56,189 nt of DNA, from contig JBFLZG010000152.1 of assembly GCA_040756235.1 (NCBI GenBank), forward strand, positions 1 through 56,189. Reading direction: 5' to 3'. Each line of letters starts with the position of its first letter. The stretch's first letter is position 1. The notes under the pieces are model-generated. The model saw only the letters and a list, made by a program, of their open reading frames with translations. It had not been told where the DNA came from and made no database searches. This DNA comes from a bacterium. GTDB taxonomy: Bacteria; Desulfobacterota; DSWW01. The position numbers and the translations under genes are program-made. This document shows positions 27,791-37,768 of this stretch, in pieces.

Positions 27791-30075
27791 ATGAAATTCT
27801 ATTTCTTCTCGGCCGTTGTTCTTCTTGGTTTCCTGACATTCTCGACGCCAACCCTTGCTCAAACCACGTGGGTCGTCGACCATGCCGGAAGCGGCAATTT
27901 TCTGACCATTCAGGAGGGCATCGACGCCGCCTCGAACGGAGATCTGGTGCTCGTGAGACCCGGAATCTATTTCGAGAACCTGAACTTTTCGGGAAAACTC
28001 GTTCACGTGAGAAGCGACGGGGATGGAGATCCCGGGACCTATGATCTTTCACCCGCCATAACGATCATCGATGGAAACGGGACCGGTTCCGTTGTCACAT
28101 TTGAAAGCGGCGAAGACGAGACCGCCGCACTTGAAGGGTTCACGATTCGAAACGGCAGGGGTACCTATGTTGAATTTTCTCCGGGCTATTGGAGTTTCTG
28201 CGGCGCAGGAGTGTTGTGTGAAAATTCCTCGCCCACCATCAGAAACTGCGACATAACGGGGAACCTTGCGGACGTCTTTGAAGGGGATGGGGGCGGCGTC
28301 TGTTGCTTGTTCGCGTCGCCGACAATCACGGATTGTACGATAACGGACAACGCGACCAGCCCTTACTTTGCTTCGCAGTGGTCTTACCACGGGTCCGGTG
28401 GCGGGATCTACTGTCGCGAATCCTCCCCGGTGATCTCCAACTGTACCATTTCCGGGAACAAGGCCCGTTCGGGCGGGGGGATCTATTCTCCTGCATCGTC
28501 CTCCCCGACCGTGACGGGTTGTACAATCACGGAAAACGAGGCCTACAGCGATGGTTTGCAGGCGGGGGTGGGATCGATGTCTCCCTGTCAGGTGAAACTC
28601 TCCCCATGATCGGAGACAACACAATTTCCTGGAATACAGCGGACGGCTATGGGGGTGGCATCCGCATCAGCGCCGACTCGGAGATTTCCTGGTCATTAAC
28701 CGGGTGCACCGTTTCAGACAACTATGCTGGGGAATGGGGGGGTGGAATTGCCGTAAGCGGGTCTCCGGTGGGCATTACTTCTTGTTTGATCCAAAGGAAT
28801 AGCACCTTCGGAAGCAGCGGAGATGGTGGGGGCGGCATCCATGCCTCAGCTTCGCTGACCCTTGTCGATTCTACCATTGCGGATAACACCGCCGAGAACC
28901 ACGACGGTGGAGGGATCTACGCCAGCTCGTCCATGACCACGCTGACACGATGCGAGATTTCGGGAAACGTTGCTCGAGAACGAGGCGGCGGTATCATGTC
29001 GTGGGGATCTGCCTCGCTGGCCAACTGCAATTTCTCGGGGAACGCGTCAGCCGAGGGCGCCGGGATCGCTTGTACCGGAGCCTCCGTCCAGGTTGTCCAT
29101 TGCACATTCTCCGGGAACACAGCAACCGTAAGCGGCGGCGGGATCTCCTCCCTGTATGGCGGCTCCCCCTCGTTGGTGAATTCGCTTCTGTGGGGCAATT
29201 CCGCCGGTTACGCGGGTCCAGAGATAGCGGTCGGTACCCCCCCGGAATTCATGGCGGAGTTCCGCGTAAGGACCGAGCATGAAGTATGGGAATCCCTGCT
29301 CGCCCTGCTCGCCGGTCCTGCCGCGGCGAGCGTGAGCTATTGTGACGTCCAAGGAGGGGAATCCTCGGTATTCGTTTGCGATGGGTGTACGCTGTCCTGG
29401 CTGACCGGAAATCTCGATGCCGATCCGTTGTTCGTGGGAGCCGGTGATTATCACCTGAGCTCGGCTTCTCCCTGCGTCGACCGTGGTTCGGACGCAGGAA
29501 TCACTGAAGATATGGACGGAGACAGCAGGCCCCTATTGACGGGCTTCGACATCGGGTCGGATGAATACAGCGCCGGTTGTTGGGATTCGGACGAAGATGG
29601 GTATTCAGATCAACGATGTGGCGGGACTGACTGCGACGATTCCGAGCCAGCCGTCCATCCCGGTGCAGCAGAGGGTCCATACGGGGATGCCACGTGTGCG
29701 GACACCCTGGACAACGATTGCGACGGGAGCTCGGATGCGGCAGACAGCGGGTGCGTGAGTGAGTGCCCGGACCTCGACGGGGACGGCTACGGGAACCCTG
29801 CGAACATAGACTGCCCATTCCCTCAGGAGGACTGCGAAGACGATGATTCCACTGTGAATCCGGGCGTGACGGAGATCCCGGATAACGGCAAGGACGACGA
29901 CTGCGATCCGTCAACACCAGATGCCCAGTCGTGGTCTGCGGCCACGACCGCGGAGGCTTCGACGCTCGGGGTAGGGGCGGCCAGGAACTCAGGGATACTG
30001 AACTCCGTCCTTGGCTTTGCTCTGCCTCTTGCGGCGGTTCTTTCTCTCCGACGAAGAAGGGGGAGAATTTCTTAA
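27791..30075 (+). pseudogene. Secreted right-handed beta-helix protein with Asp/Cys-rich repeats and a C-terminal membrane anchor, split by one frameshift
   Basis: Signal peptide, TIQEGIDAA, repeated GGGI..N motifs continuing across ORFs 27791-28609 and ~28558-30075; DCDD..VHPGA.E repeats. One extra T at ~28555 would fuse the frames; may be a sequencing error. Confidence 0.75.
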
Positions 30076-30116
30076 CATCCTTTCTGCGCTTCTATTCTCT
30101 TGGACTTCCTTCGCAC

Positions 30117-31352
30117 CTATAGCCGCTCGACCACCGTGGCAATACCGATTCCGCCGCCGCCACACAGCATCTGGAGGCCGCATCGGCCGTTGGTGCGCTT
30201 CAAGTGGTGGACCATCTCTCCGAAGTAGAGAACGCCGGAGGCGCCGATCGGATGACCCAGGGCAACCGCCCCGCCGGTGGGATTGACACGGGGATCATCG
30301 TATTCGTAGCCGAGCTCCCGAGCAAACTCGATCAGCGGGCTCATGAAGGCCTCGTTGGGCTCGATGACATCCATATCATCGATCCTCTTTCCGGCACGCT
30401 GGAGGGCTTTGCGCGAGGCAGGGATGGGCGCCAGGAGCATGGGGACCGGCTCGCCGCCGGCGGAGGCCGTGCCGAGAATTCTCGCCAGAGGCTCGAGCCC
30501 TGATTCCTCGGCCTTGTCCGCGGTCATCAGGAGCACGGCTGCTGCGCCGTCTACGATCTGAGAGGAATTGCCCGCCGTGACCATACCGTCCGGCTTGAAC
30601 GGCGGTTTCAGTTTTGCCAGATCCGCCAGAAACGCATCGAAGTCATCGGCTGCCTTGGGGCGCAGCGTTTCGTCCGTATCGACACGATACTTCTTTTCTT
30701 CCCAGGCAAACTCGAATGGAATGACGTGATCCGCATACCATCCCTTGCGCTGGGCTTCCACCGCCTTCTTCATGCTGATCGCGCCGGCACGGTCCAGGAG
30801 CTCGCGGGTATGCCCCTTTTCTTGGGAGATCATTTCCGCGCACAGGCCCTGGGGTACGGTGATTCCGGTTTCCAGGAGTTTGGTGGACAGTCTCACCGGA
30901 TATTGGGCCTCCACGGCGACCTGAATGTCCGACCCCATACCGTAATGGGACATGATTTCCACACCCGCGCAGACGCATGCATCACCGTCACCGATCATCA
31001 TCTGATGGGCGGCCGAGTTGATCGCCCGGAGACCCGCGTTGCAGTATTGATTCACCGTGTACGCCGCTGCCGTGATGGGGATCCCGGCCATGAGAGAGGC
31101 GATCCGGGCTATGTTGCCGCCCTGCTCTCCGATTTGACTGAGGCAGCCTACGGCCACGTCTTCGATGATGCTTTCATCGAATCTCGAGCTCTTCTCGTGC
31201 ACACGATCCAGAAGACCTCGCATCATGGCCGCCAGAAGCTCCTGGGCGGAGGCCTGGCAGAGCTGGCCCCCCTTTTCCATTCCTTTTCGACCTGATTTGC
31301 CGATGGGGCTCCTGATCGCATCAACAACCACCACTTCTTTCAGTTTTGCCAT
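30117..31352 (-). CDS. Thiolase (acetyl-CoA C-acyltransferase)
   Basis: VNQYCNAG, NEAF, GHPIGASG and CGGGG motifs; start MAKLKEVV. Confidence 0.93.
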   Translation of the reverse strand: MAKLKEVVVVDAIRSPIGKSGRKGMEKGGQLCQASAQELLAAMMRGLLDRVHEKSSRFDESIIEDVAVGCLSQIGEQGGNIARIASLMAGIPITAAAYTVNQYCNAGLRAINSAAHQMMIGDGDACVCAGVEIMSHYGMGSDIQVAVEAQYPVRLSTKLLETGITVPQGLCAEMISQEKGHTRELLDRAGAISMKKAVEAQRKGWYADHVIPFEFAWEEKKYRVDTDETLRPKAADDFDAFLADLAKLKPPFKPDGMVTAGNSSQIVDGAAAVLLMTADKAEESGLEPLARILGTASAGGEPVPMLLAPIPASRKALQRAGKRIDDMDVIEPNEAFMSPLIEFARELGYEYDDPRVNPTGGAVALGHPIGASGVLYFGEMVHHLKRTNGRCGLQMLCGGGGIGIATVVERL

Positions 31353-31625
31353 GCTCTTCTCCTTTCTGCGTTTTGCGGCAATCCTAGCGTCTTTCCCTCC
31401 TCTGCTGCAATGTGGCACAGGACTCATGCGTGCGGATGACAGCGCCAGCCCGGCCGGGTCCGCAACTTCATCCATCGAGCTGCGGCTGGGTGACGGGCGT
31501 TTTTCAACAGCCCGCTGGTCCGCCGCCGGCCTCTTTTCGTATAATATATAGAATGTACGATGCCTGATGCGGACGGCTGCGTCCCCGCCGGGCGGGTCGC
31601 GCGCAATCGGGCCAGGGGAGTGGCA

Positions 31626-32723
31626 TTGACTCGTTCCCGCCTGCACGTTCAAGAGATCCAGGCGGCCGTCCTGCGCAGCAGGGGTGGGCCCCTGCAGATC
31701 GAATCGCTCGAGCTGGAGGGGCCGCGGGACGACGAGGTCCTGGTGCGGATCGTCGCCTCGGGCATCTGCCACACGGACCTCCTTTTCGTCGACGATTGGG
31801 ACGAGGCCGACGATCCGGTCGTGCTGGGCCATGAAGGCGCGGGCATCGTGGAGCGGACCGGCAGGAGGGTCAAGAGCGTCGGACCGGGCGACCCGGTGGT
31901 GCTCTCCTACCAGTCCTGTGGCCGCTGCGTTCCCTGCCGGGCCGGACGCCCGGCGGATTGTGACCGCTTCTATGAAGCCAACTTCGGTTTCAACCGCCTG
32001 GACGGAAGCAACGCGCTCCGGCGCAGTGGTGTCCGAGGGCACTTCTTCGGCCAGTCTTCGTTCGCCACCCACGTCCTGGCGACCGAGCGCAACCTCGTCA
32101 AGGTCGCCGATGACCTCCCCCTGGAGCTTCTGGCGCCGCTCGGGTGCGGCCTGCAGACCGGCGCCGGCACCGTGATGAGCTCGCTGGCGGTCCCGAAGGG
32201 GGCAAGCATCGTGGTCTTCGGGACCGGAGCGGTCGGCTTGGCGGCGGTCATGGCAGCCCGCATTGTGGGCGCCACCCCGATCATCGGCGTCGACATCGTT
32301 CCCGGCCGACTCGCGCTTGCCCGGGAGCTGGGGGCCGGCCACGCGATCGACAACCGCCGTGAAGATGTCGCCGCCCGCATCGCCCAGATCACCGGCAGCG
32401 GCGTCGACTACGTGGTGGAGACCACCGGCAGCCCGGAGATGCACCGCCTCGCCATCGACGTGCTGAATCCCCACGGCACGGTGGCGCTCCTGACCGGCGA
32501 GAGCGGCGCCGCTCTGCCGCAAGGGCGCCGAACCCTCGGCATCCGGGAAGGCGACGCGGTGCCCCAGCGCTTCATCCCCGATCTGATCGGGCTGTACCGG
32601 GCAGGAGAGTTTCCTTTTGACCGCCTGGTCAAGCTCTACGACTTTGGCGACATCAACCGTGCCATGGCGGATGCGAGGCGCGGCGACACCGTGAAGCCCG
32701 TGCTGCGCATCGGCGCGGCGTAG
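31626..32723 (+). CDS. Zn-dependent NAD(P) alcohol dehydrogenase, aryl-alcohol dehydrogenase-like
   Basis: GICHTD, GHEGAG, CGRCVPC...C, GCGLQTG and GTGAVG motifs; start uncertain (31620 or 31626). Confidence 0.9.
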   Translation: MTRSRLHVQEIQAAVLRSRGGPLQIESLELEGPRDDEVLVRIVASGICHTDLLFVDDWDEADDPVVLGHEGAGIVERTGRRVKSVGPGDPVVLSYQSCGRCVPCRAGRPADCDRFYEANFGFNRLDGSNALRRSGVRGHFFGQSSFATHVLATERNLVKVADDLPLELLAPLGCGLQTGAGTVMSSLAVPKGASIVVFGTGAVGLAAVMAARIVGATPIIGVDIVPGRLALARELGAGHAIDNRREDVAARIAQITGSGVDYVVETTGSPEMHRLAIDVLNPHGTVALLTGESGAALPQGRRTLGIREGDAVPQRFIPDLIGLYRAGEFPFDRLVKLYDFGDINRAMADARRGDTVKPVLRIGAA

Positions 32724-32779
32724 GAGCCGGGCGCCGCGTGCACGCAATTTGACCAGCAGCCCGAGCAGGGGAGGGCACC

Positions 32780-33832
32780 ATGAGGATCAGGACGTTTCTT
32801 GCGTTCGTGCGGGGCGGGCAGTTCGGGCTCCTGTTCCGGGTGGGCAGGCTGCTCGAGCCCTTCTACCGGGTCTGCTTCCTCGCCTCCGCGGCATCGCACG
32901 GCGTGCTGCGGGCTCTGTCGGCCGGCCCGCTCCCCCTGGAAGCCCTGGCGGAGCACCTCGCTCCGGAAACGGCTGCTCGCCGCGACGCGCTCGAGGCATG
33001 GCTGCAGTTCGGGGTCCGGCTGCGGGAGCTGAGCCTCGGGCCCGGCGGGTATCGTCTCCGCGGCTACGTTTCCCGAAAGCTTGCAGAGGCGAAAAACGAT
33101 GCCCTCGCCGCGCTGCTGCAGGAAGTGGTCACTCTCCACCACACGATCTTGTTCCAGACTCCCGCGCTCATGGGGCAGGGCAAGCCCTTTACTCTCGCAG
33201 ACCAGGACGCCAGGCTCGTGGCCCGTTCGTCCCGGATCCTCGAACCGCTCATCTACGAAGCGGTCGATGAGGTGATCCCGAAACGAGGCCCCGTGCGCCT
33301 GCTGGAGGTCGGCTGCGGGTCGGGCACGTACATCCGCCACGCCGCGGAACGAAACCGTGACCTCCTGGCCGTCGGCGTCGAGCTGCAGTCCGAGGCGGCC
33401 GCATACGCGCGCGAGAACCTGCGGTTGTGGGGTATCGAGGGACGCGCCGCCATCGAGACAGGGGACATCCGCGAGCGGGCGCCGGAAGCCGCCTTCGACG
33501 TCGTCACCCTGCACAACAACATCTACTACTTTCCTCTGGAGAGCCGCGTCCAAGTCCTGAAACACCTGCGAGGGTTCCTGGTGCCCGGAGGGCGCCTGCT
33601 CCTGACGACCGGCTGCCGGGGAGGCAGCGTCGGCATGGAAGTGCTCAATCTCTGGGGGGCCGTAACGGAGGGATGCGGCCGGCTCCCCGAGCCGCGCGAG
33701 ATGGATCTCCAGATGAGAGAGGCCGGATTCTGCTCGGTCTCCGGCAGAAGCCTGTTGACCGGCGACCGGTTTTACCGCTTTGTCGGAAGCAACCCGGGCC
33801 CTGCTGCGGCTGCGGCGGGCGGCAAGGCGTGA
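32780..33832 (+). CDS. SAM-dependent methyltransferase with N-terminal dimerisation region
   Basis: LLEVGCGSG and FDVVTLHNNIYYF motifs. Confidence 0.85.
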   Translation: MRIRTFLAFVRGGQFGLLFRVGRLLEPFYRVCFLASAASHGVLRALSAGPLPLEALAEHLAPETAARRDALEAWLQFGVRLRELSLGPGGYRLRGYVSRKLAEAKNDALAALLQEVVTLHHTILFQTPALMGQGKPFTLADQDARLVARSSRILEPLIYEAVDEVIPKRGPVRLLEVGCGSGTYIRHAAERNRDLLAVGVELQSEAAAYARENLRLWGIEGRAAIETGDIRERAPEAAFDVVTLHNNIYYFPLESRVQVLKHLRGFLVPGGRLLLTTGCRGGSVGMEVLNLWGAVTEGCGRLPEPREMDLQMREAGFCSVSGRSLLTGDRFYRFVGSNPGPAAAAAGGKA

Positions 33833-33917
33833 GCCGCGCCGCTGCGGGACGATCCCGCGCGGCCGGAGGTGCCGCGCGCGTTGTGCCGGAGGCGCTGCAA
33901 GGAAGGAGCGAGAGACG

Positions 33918-34286
33918 ATGGATCGCACATTTTTCGTGATAGGCGCTCTTTCGGCCTTCATCGGCGTGGCGGCTGGCGCCTTCGGCGCTCACGTCCTCAG
34001 GGGCCGCATCGACCTTGAGCTGATCGCCGCCTTCGAGGTCGGCGTCCGCTACCAGATGTATCATGCCTTTGCGCTGATCGCGGCTGCCTGGGCTTGCACC
34101 AGGTGGCCCGGCGCGCTGGTCGTTGCGAGCGGGTGGTTGTTCGTCGCCGGGACGCTGCTCTTCTCCGGCAGCCTGTACGCCCTCAGCCTCACCGGGGCCA
34201 TGAAGTACGGCTCGATCACGCCTCTGGGCGGCGTGGCCTTCCTGGCAGGATGGTTTTGTCTGGCCTGGGCCTTGTTGAAGGATTGA
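33918..34286 (+). CDS. DUF423 / YgdD-family membrane protein
   Basis: GAFGAH, YQMYHA, LFSGSLY and ITPLGG motifs. Confidence 0.9.
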   Translation: MDRTFFVIGALSAFIGVAAGAFGAHVLRGRIDLELIAAFEVGVRYQMYHAFALIAAAWACTRWPGALVVASGWLFVAGTLLFSGSLYALSLTGAMKYGSITPLGGVAFLAGWFCLAWALLKD

Positions 34287-34412
34287 GGCGGCAGCCCCCA
34301 CCCCCACCGGGAGCCTGCCGTTGCGCACTTGCGGGCGGTCGGCGCACTTGTATTATGCTGGCCGCCGGCGGGCACGATTCCGCGTCCGCACCGGCATGAA
34401 AGGATCTCCGCC

Positions 34413-34916
34413 ATGGGACAGACGGGAACGGAAAGGGCCAAGAAAGCGGGAGAGAAGGCGTATCGCTACGAGAAGCGCTACCACTGCTGCAGCCAGGCAA
34501 CCCTGCTCGCCCTGCAGGAGGTCCTCGGCCTCGAGGACCTCCTGGCGTGGAAGGCCGCCAGCTCGATGTGTGGGGGAGTGGCCCTGTCCGGAAACACTTG
34601 CGGGGCTCTGTCGGGCGCGGTCATGGCCCTCGGCATGAAGCTCGGCCGCGGGGACCTCGGCGAGGGTTTCGGGAGCATCCTCCGGGCCATGCTCCCTGCG
34701 CACGAGCTCGTGCGGTGGTTCGAAGCCGAGTACGGTTCTGCGGCCTGCCGGGACATCTCAGGGCTCAGCCTCACCCGAGAGATCATCGAGATGATGATGG
34801 CCGATCCGGACGGCGCCCTGAACGCGATCGACCCGCAGATGGCCGAAAAGTGCGCTCAAATCTGCCGGAGGACGGCGGAGAAGACCATCGAGATCCTCGA
34901 GGAGAAGCAGCGGTGA
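34413..34916 (+). CDS. C-GCAxxG-C-C family putative redox protein
   Basis: HCCSQA, TCGALSG, YGSAACRDI and KCAQIC motifs. Confidence 0.85.
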   Translation: MGQTGTERAKKAGEKAYRYEKRYHCCSQATLLALQEVLGLEDLLAWKAASSMCGGVALSGNTCGALSGAVMALGMKLGRGDLGEGFGSILRAMLPAHELVRWFEAEYGSAACRDISGLSLTREIIEMMMADPDGALNAIDPQMAEKCAQICRRTAEKTIEILEEKQR

Positions 34917-34935
34917 ATCCCGCGCGGTGCCCGCT

Positions 34936-35301
34936 ATGAGAAGCCTGGCCAGGCTCGTCTGGTGGCTGCCCTTCGGGAGGGTGCCGGAAATCGGCGCGGA
35001 CGATCTCGCCGCCGGCTGCAGCTCGAGCTCGCCCCCCCAGATCCTGGACGTGCGAACCCGGCGGGAATGGCGGGAGAGCCGGATCCCGGGCGCGCGCAAC
35101 GTCCCGATCACTTCTCTCAAGGCGAGGCTGGCCGGCCTCGGGCTCGACCGCGAGCGGGCCGTGGTCGCGATCTGCCGGTCTGCGCACCGCAGCGTCGGAG
35201 CCGTGCGACTGTTGCAGCGCGCCGGGTTCGCGGATGCGCGCCAGCTCCGGGGAGGGATGAAGGCGTGGTGGGACGCCCGCCTGCCGACGGAATCCTCGTA
35301 A
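34936..35301 (+). CDS. Rhodanese-like domain protein
   Basis: LDVRTRREW, IPGARN, ICRSAHRS and LRGGMKAW motifs. Confidence 0.85.
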   Translation: MRSLARLVWWLPFGRVPEIGADDLAAGCSSSSPPQILDVRTRREWRESRIPGARNVPITSLKARLAGLGLDRERAVVAICRSAHRSVGAVRLLQRAGFADARQLRGGMKAWWDARLPTESS

Positions 35302-35338
35302 AAGCCTCGCGCGAGGCTCCTTCTCGGGTTCCCCCGGA

Positions 35339-36319
35339 TCACGGATAGGTGATCCAGAGCTCCCCATCCGCATCGAAAGCCACGTCGAAAGGCTTGCGCG
35401 GAGACGGCTCGACCCCCTCGGGCAAGGTCGTCGGCTGAAGAGTCGCGCCGTCCCAGTAAAAGGCAACGAGGTCCGCATCCGCCACCACGACCTTGTTGTC
35501 CTGCGGCGCCGGCCGGCCGCTCCTCACCGTCACGCCTTCAGGATCGCTGAAATCGGTCTCCGTACTCGTAGCGGGGTCCTCCCACTGCGCGATCTCGCCG
35601 TCGCACACGGGCACGAGCCCGTTCAATCCCGAGAACTGGTAAAGGCGGTCGTTGGCGCCCGCGTCCGTCACGTAAAGGCGGCGGTTCAGGGCGTCGACGG
35701 CGAGGCCCTGAACCTGTTGGAACGGGTGCCCGCACCCTCCGGTCAGGGTCTGCTCATAGGCAAAGACGGCTGCAGCCGTATCGTAGTGATAGAAGATCAC
35801 GCTGCTGCCGGTCGCCAGAAAAACCCGGAAATCGCTTCCGGGCAAAGGCAGGCTCTCGACGGCGACGGGCGGTGAGGCGAAAGCCTGCCCCGGAGGTCCC
35901 TCGCCCGTTTCTGCCAGCAGCGTGTCCGGGCCCAGGACCACGGCATCCGTGAAGGCCGCGCTCAAGGCGAGCAGGCGCGGCTGGGCCTCGGATACGTCCG
36001 TGACGAACAAGCTGTTTTCGTCTCCCGCGTCGATTCCCCAGGGTGAGAACCCGCCGGCTGCAGGTGGCAGCAACTGCCCGTCCGGGTCTGCGTCCTCGCC
36101 GATGAACTTCCATACGGAAAGAGACTCGCGCTCCACCATGTAGAGCGTGTCGGCCGCGTCGAAGTCGAGGGTCCAGGGAGTCAGGGTGATGATGATCTCC
36201 TCGGTGCTGTCGCCGCCGCAGCCCGGTGCAAGGAAACCCGCCAGTGCCGCCAGGGCCCCGAGGGCCGCGAGCGAGGAACGCGGCGATTTCAGGGCATGTC
36301 TTCTCCGAAACGAGATCAT
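35339..36319 (-). CDS. Putative lipoprotein with beta-propeller-like repeats
   Basis: Lipobox-like LAPG-C; PWGID, GLAVD..LYVTD and PFDVAFD repeats; last gene of the FadL cluster; start uncertain. Confidence 0.7.
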   Translation of the reverse strand: MISFRRRHALKSPRSSLAALGALAALAGFLAPGCGGDSTEEIIITLTPWTLDFDAADTLYMVERESLSVWKFIGEDADPDGQLLPPAAGGFSPWGIDAGDENSLFVTDVSEAQPRLLALSAAFTDAVVLGPDTLLAETGEGPPGQAFASPPVAVESLPLPGSDFRVFLATGSSVIFYHYDTAAAVFAYEQTLTGGCGHPFQQVQGLAVDALNRRLYVTDAGANDRLYQFSGLNGLVPVCDGEIAQWEDPATSTETDFSDPEGVTVRSGRPAPQDNKVVVADADLVAFYWDGATLQPTTLPEGVEPSPRKPFDVAFDADGELWITYP

Positions 36320-36372
36320 GTCAGGATCTCCTCTTTGCATGACCGTTCCCATGAGAAGGGGCGGCCATTCTC

Positions 36373-37752
36373 TCACAAAGGCACCGAAACCTGAAGCCCT
36401 CCCATCCAGATGTAGCCGCCGAACGAATAACCCGGGTAGTAAGGGTCATCGGGGTCTGTCTTGCGGTACGTGCGCTCGACCAGGGCATGGTACTGGAGGC
36501 TCAGGCTGAAGTGCACGGGCTTGTCCCAGAAGCCGGGCGGATCGGTCCAGATCCACTCGATCCCGCTGCTGCCCACGTGCCGGTCGTTGTCCATGAAGTT
36601 GGTGAATCCCTTCTGCTCCGGCACGGGCGAGTCGTAGAAGAAATATCCGGCCCGGAAAGACCAGACCTCTTGCCAGCGGTACTCGACCCCGATTCGAGGC
36701 ATCCAGGTGTCCCGGAACGGCGGGTCGGGCTTGCTGGCCTCGATGTCGTGGAAATCGGACCAGTCGAACCAGCCTGCATCCAGGGAGATGGTGATCGCCG
36801 AGGTCGGCAGGAACGCGACTCCGAGGAAGAACTGATGAGGGGTGAAGAAGCGGACGAACTTGAACTGATAGCCTTGCTCGAAGGCGAGGATCTCGCCCAG
36901 GTTGATCAAAGGATCGGTCAGGCCGAAGTCGTTGACGTAGTTCTCCCCTCTGTAGACCAGGCCGAACCGGAGCCTCTCGAAAGGCCGATATTGCAGGCCG
37001 ACGATGGGCGCGAGGTTGAGGGTCAGATCTTCGAACTCGCCCAGCCGCACGTTCTCCCTTTCGAGCGGGACGCGGCCGTGAAAGATGGCATCCGGGGAGG
37101 TGAGCTTGTCGAGACTCGCGTACACGGTTCCGACGGTGTCGGTGTGCAGACGGATCAGGAACTGGAGCCCCACGCCGATGGAGAGGCCGGGCCACGGCTC
37201 CACGGCCATGCCCGGCAGCAGGACGAAGCGCATCGAGTAGTCGTAGAAGAACGGAAATCGCCTCTCCTCCGGGAAATAACGCCCGTAATAGAGAATGTGG
37301 TCCACCGGCATATAGAGGCCGAGACCGAAGGCGAAGAGCTTCCTCGCGAAGGTGCCGTGAAAATCGATGGGGTCGAGGGTGACGCCCAGGTAGGGGCCGG
37401 TCGTGGACCCGTAGTCTTCGGAGTGACGGCCTTTCTGCGGGTCCCGCACATAGAGCTGCGGGTCCCCGTAGACGTAACCGAAATCGAACTTGATCCCCTT
37501 TCGATGGGGGACCGTTTCCTCCAGGGTCCTCTGATACATCAGCCCTGCAGGGTTGTAGTATACGGCGGTGAAATCGTCCGCCAGGGCGGTGAAGGCCCCT
37601 CCCATGGACACGGCGCGCGCGCCCCACCCGTAGACGTCGACCATGCTTGCACGGCCCGGCCTCGGGCCGTGGAGCAGGACGGCTGCCGCGAGGAGCAAAG
37701 CGACCGCGGGTCGACCGAGCCGGAGACACGAGAGGATCGTAGCCCATTGCAT
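36373..37752 (-). CDS. FadL/OmpP1/TodX-family outer-membrane transporter, paralog 3
   Basis: Signal peptide, GARAVSMGGA...AVYYNPAG hatch motif, beta-strand C-terminus. Confidence 0.8.
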   Translation of the reverse strand: MQWATILSCLRLGRPAVALLLAAAVLLHGPRPGRASMVDVYGWGARAVSMGGAFTALADDFTAVYYNPAGLMYQRTLEETVPHRKGIKFDFGYVYGDPQLYVRDPQKGRHSEDYGSTTGPYLGVTLDPIDFHGTFARKLFAFGLGLYMPVDHILYYGRYFPEERRFPFFYDYSMRFVLLPGMAVEPWPGLSIGVGLQFLIRLHTDTVGTVYASLDKLTSPDAIFHGRVPLERENVRLGEFEDLTLNLAPIVGLQYRPFERLRFGLVYRGENYVNDFGLTDPLINLGEILAFEQGYQFKFVRFFTPHQFFLGVAFLPTSAITISLDAGWFDWSDFHDIEASKPDPPFRDTWMPRIGVEYRWQEVWSFRAGYFFYDSPVPEQKGFTNFMDNDRHVGSSGIEWIWTDPPGFWDKPVHFSLSLQYHALVERTYRKTDPDDPYYPGYSFGGYIWMGGLQVSVPL

Positions 37753-37768
37753 GATCAGGTGGGTCCTC

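Noticed and set aside
30117..32747. 876-aa thiolase fusion
   Set aside because: The extension is antisense to the alcohol dehydrogenase; the thiolase starts at 31352 with its own SD.
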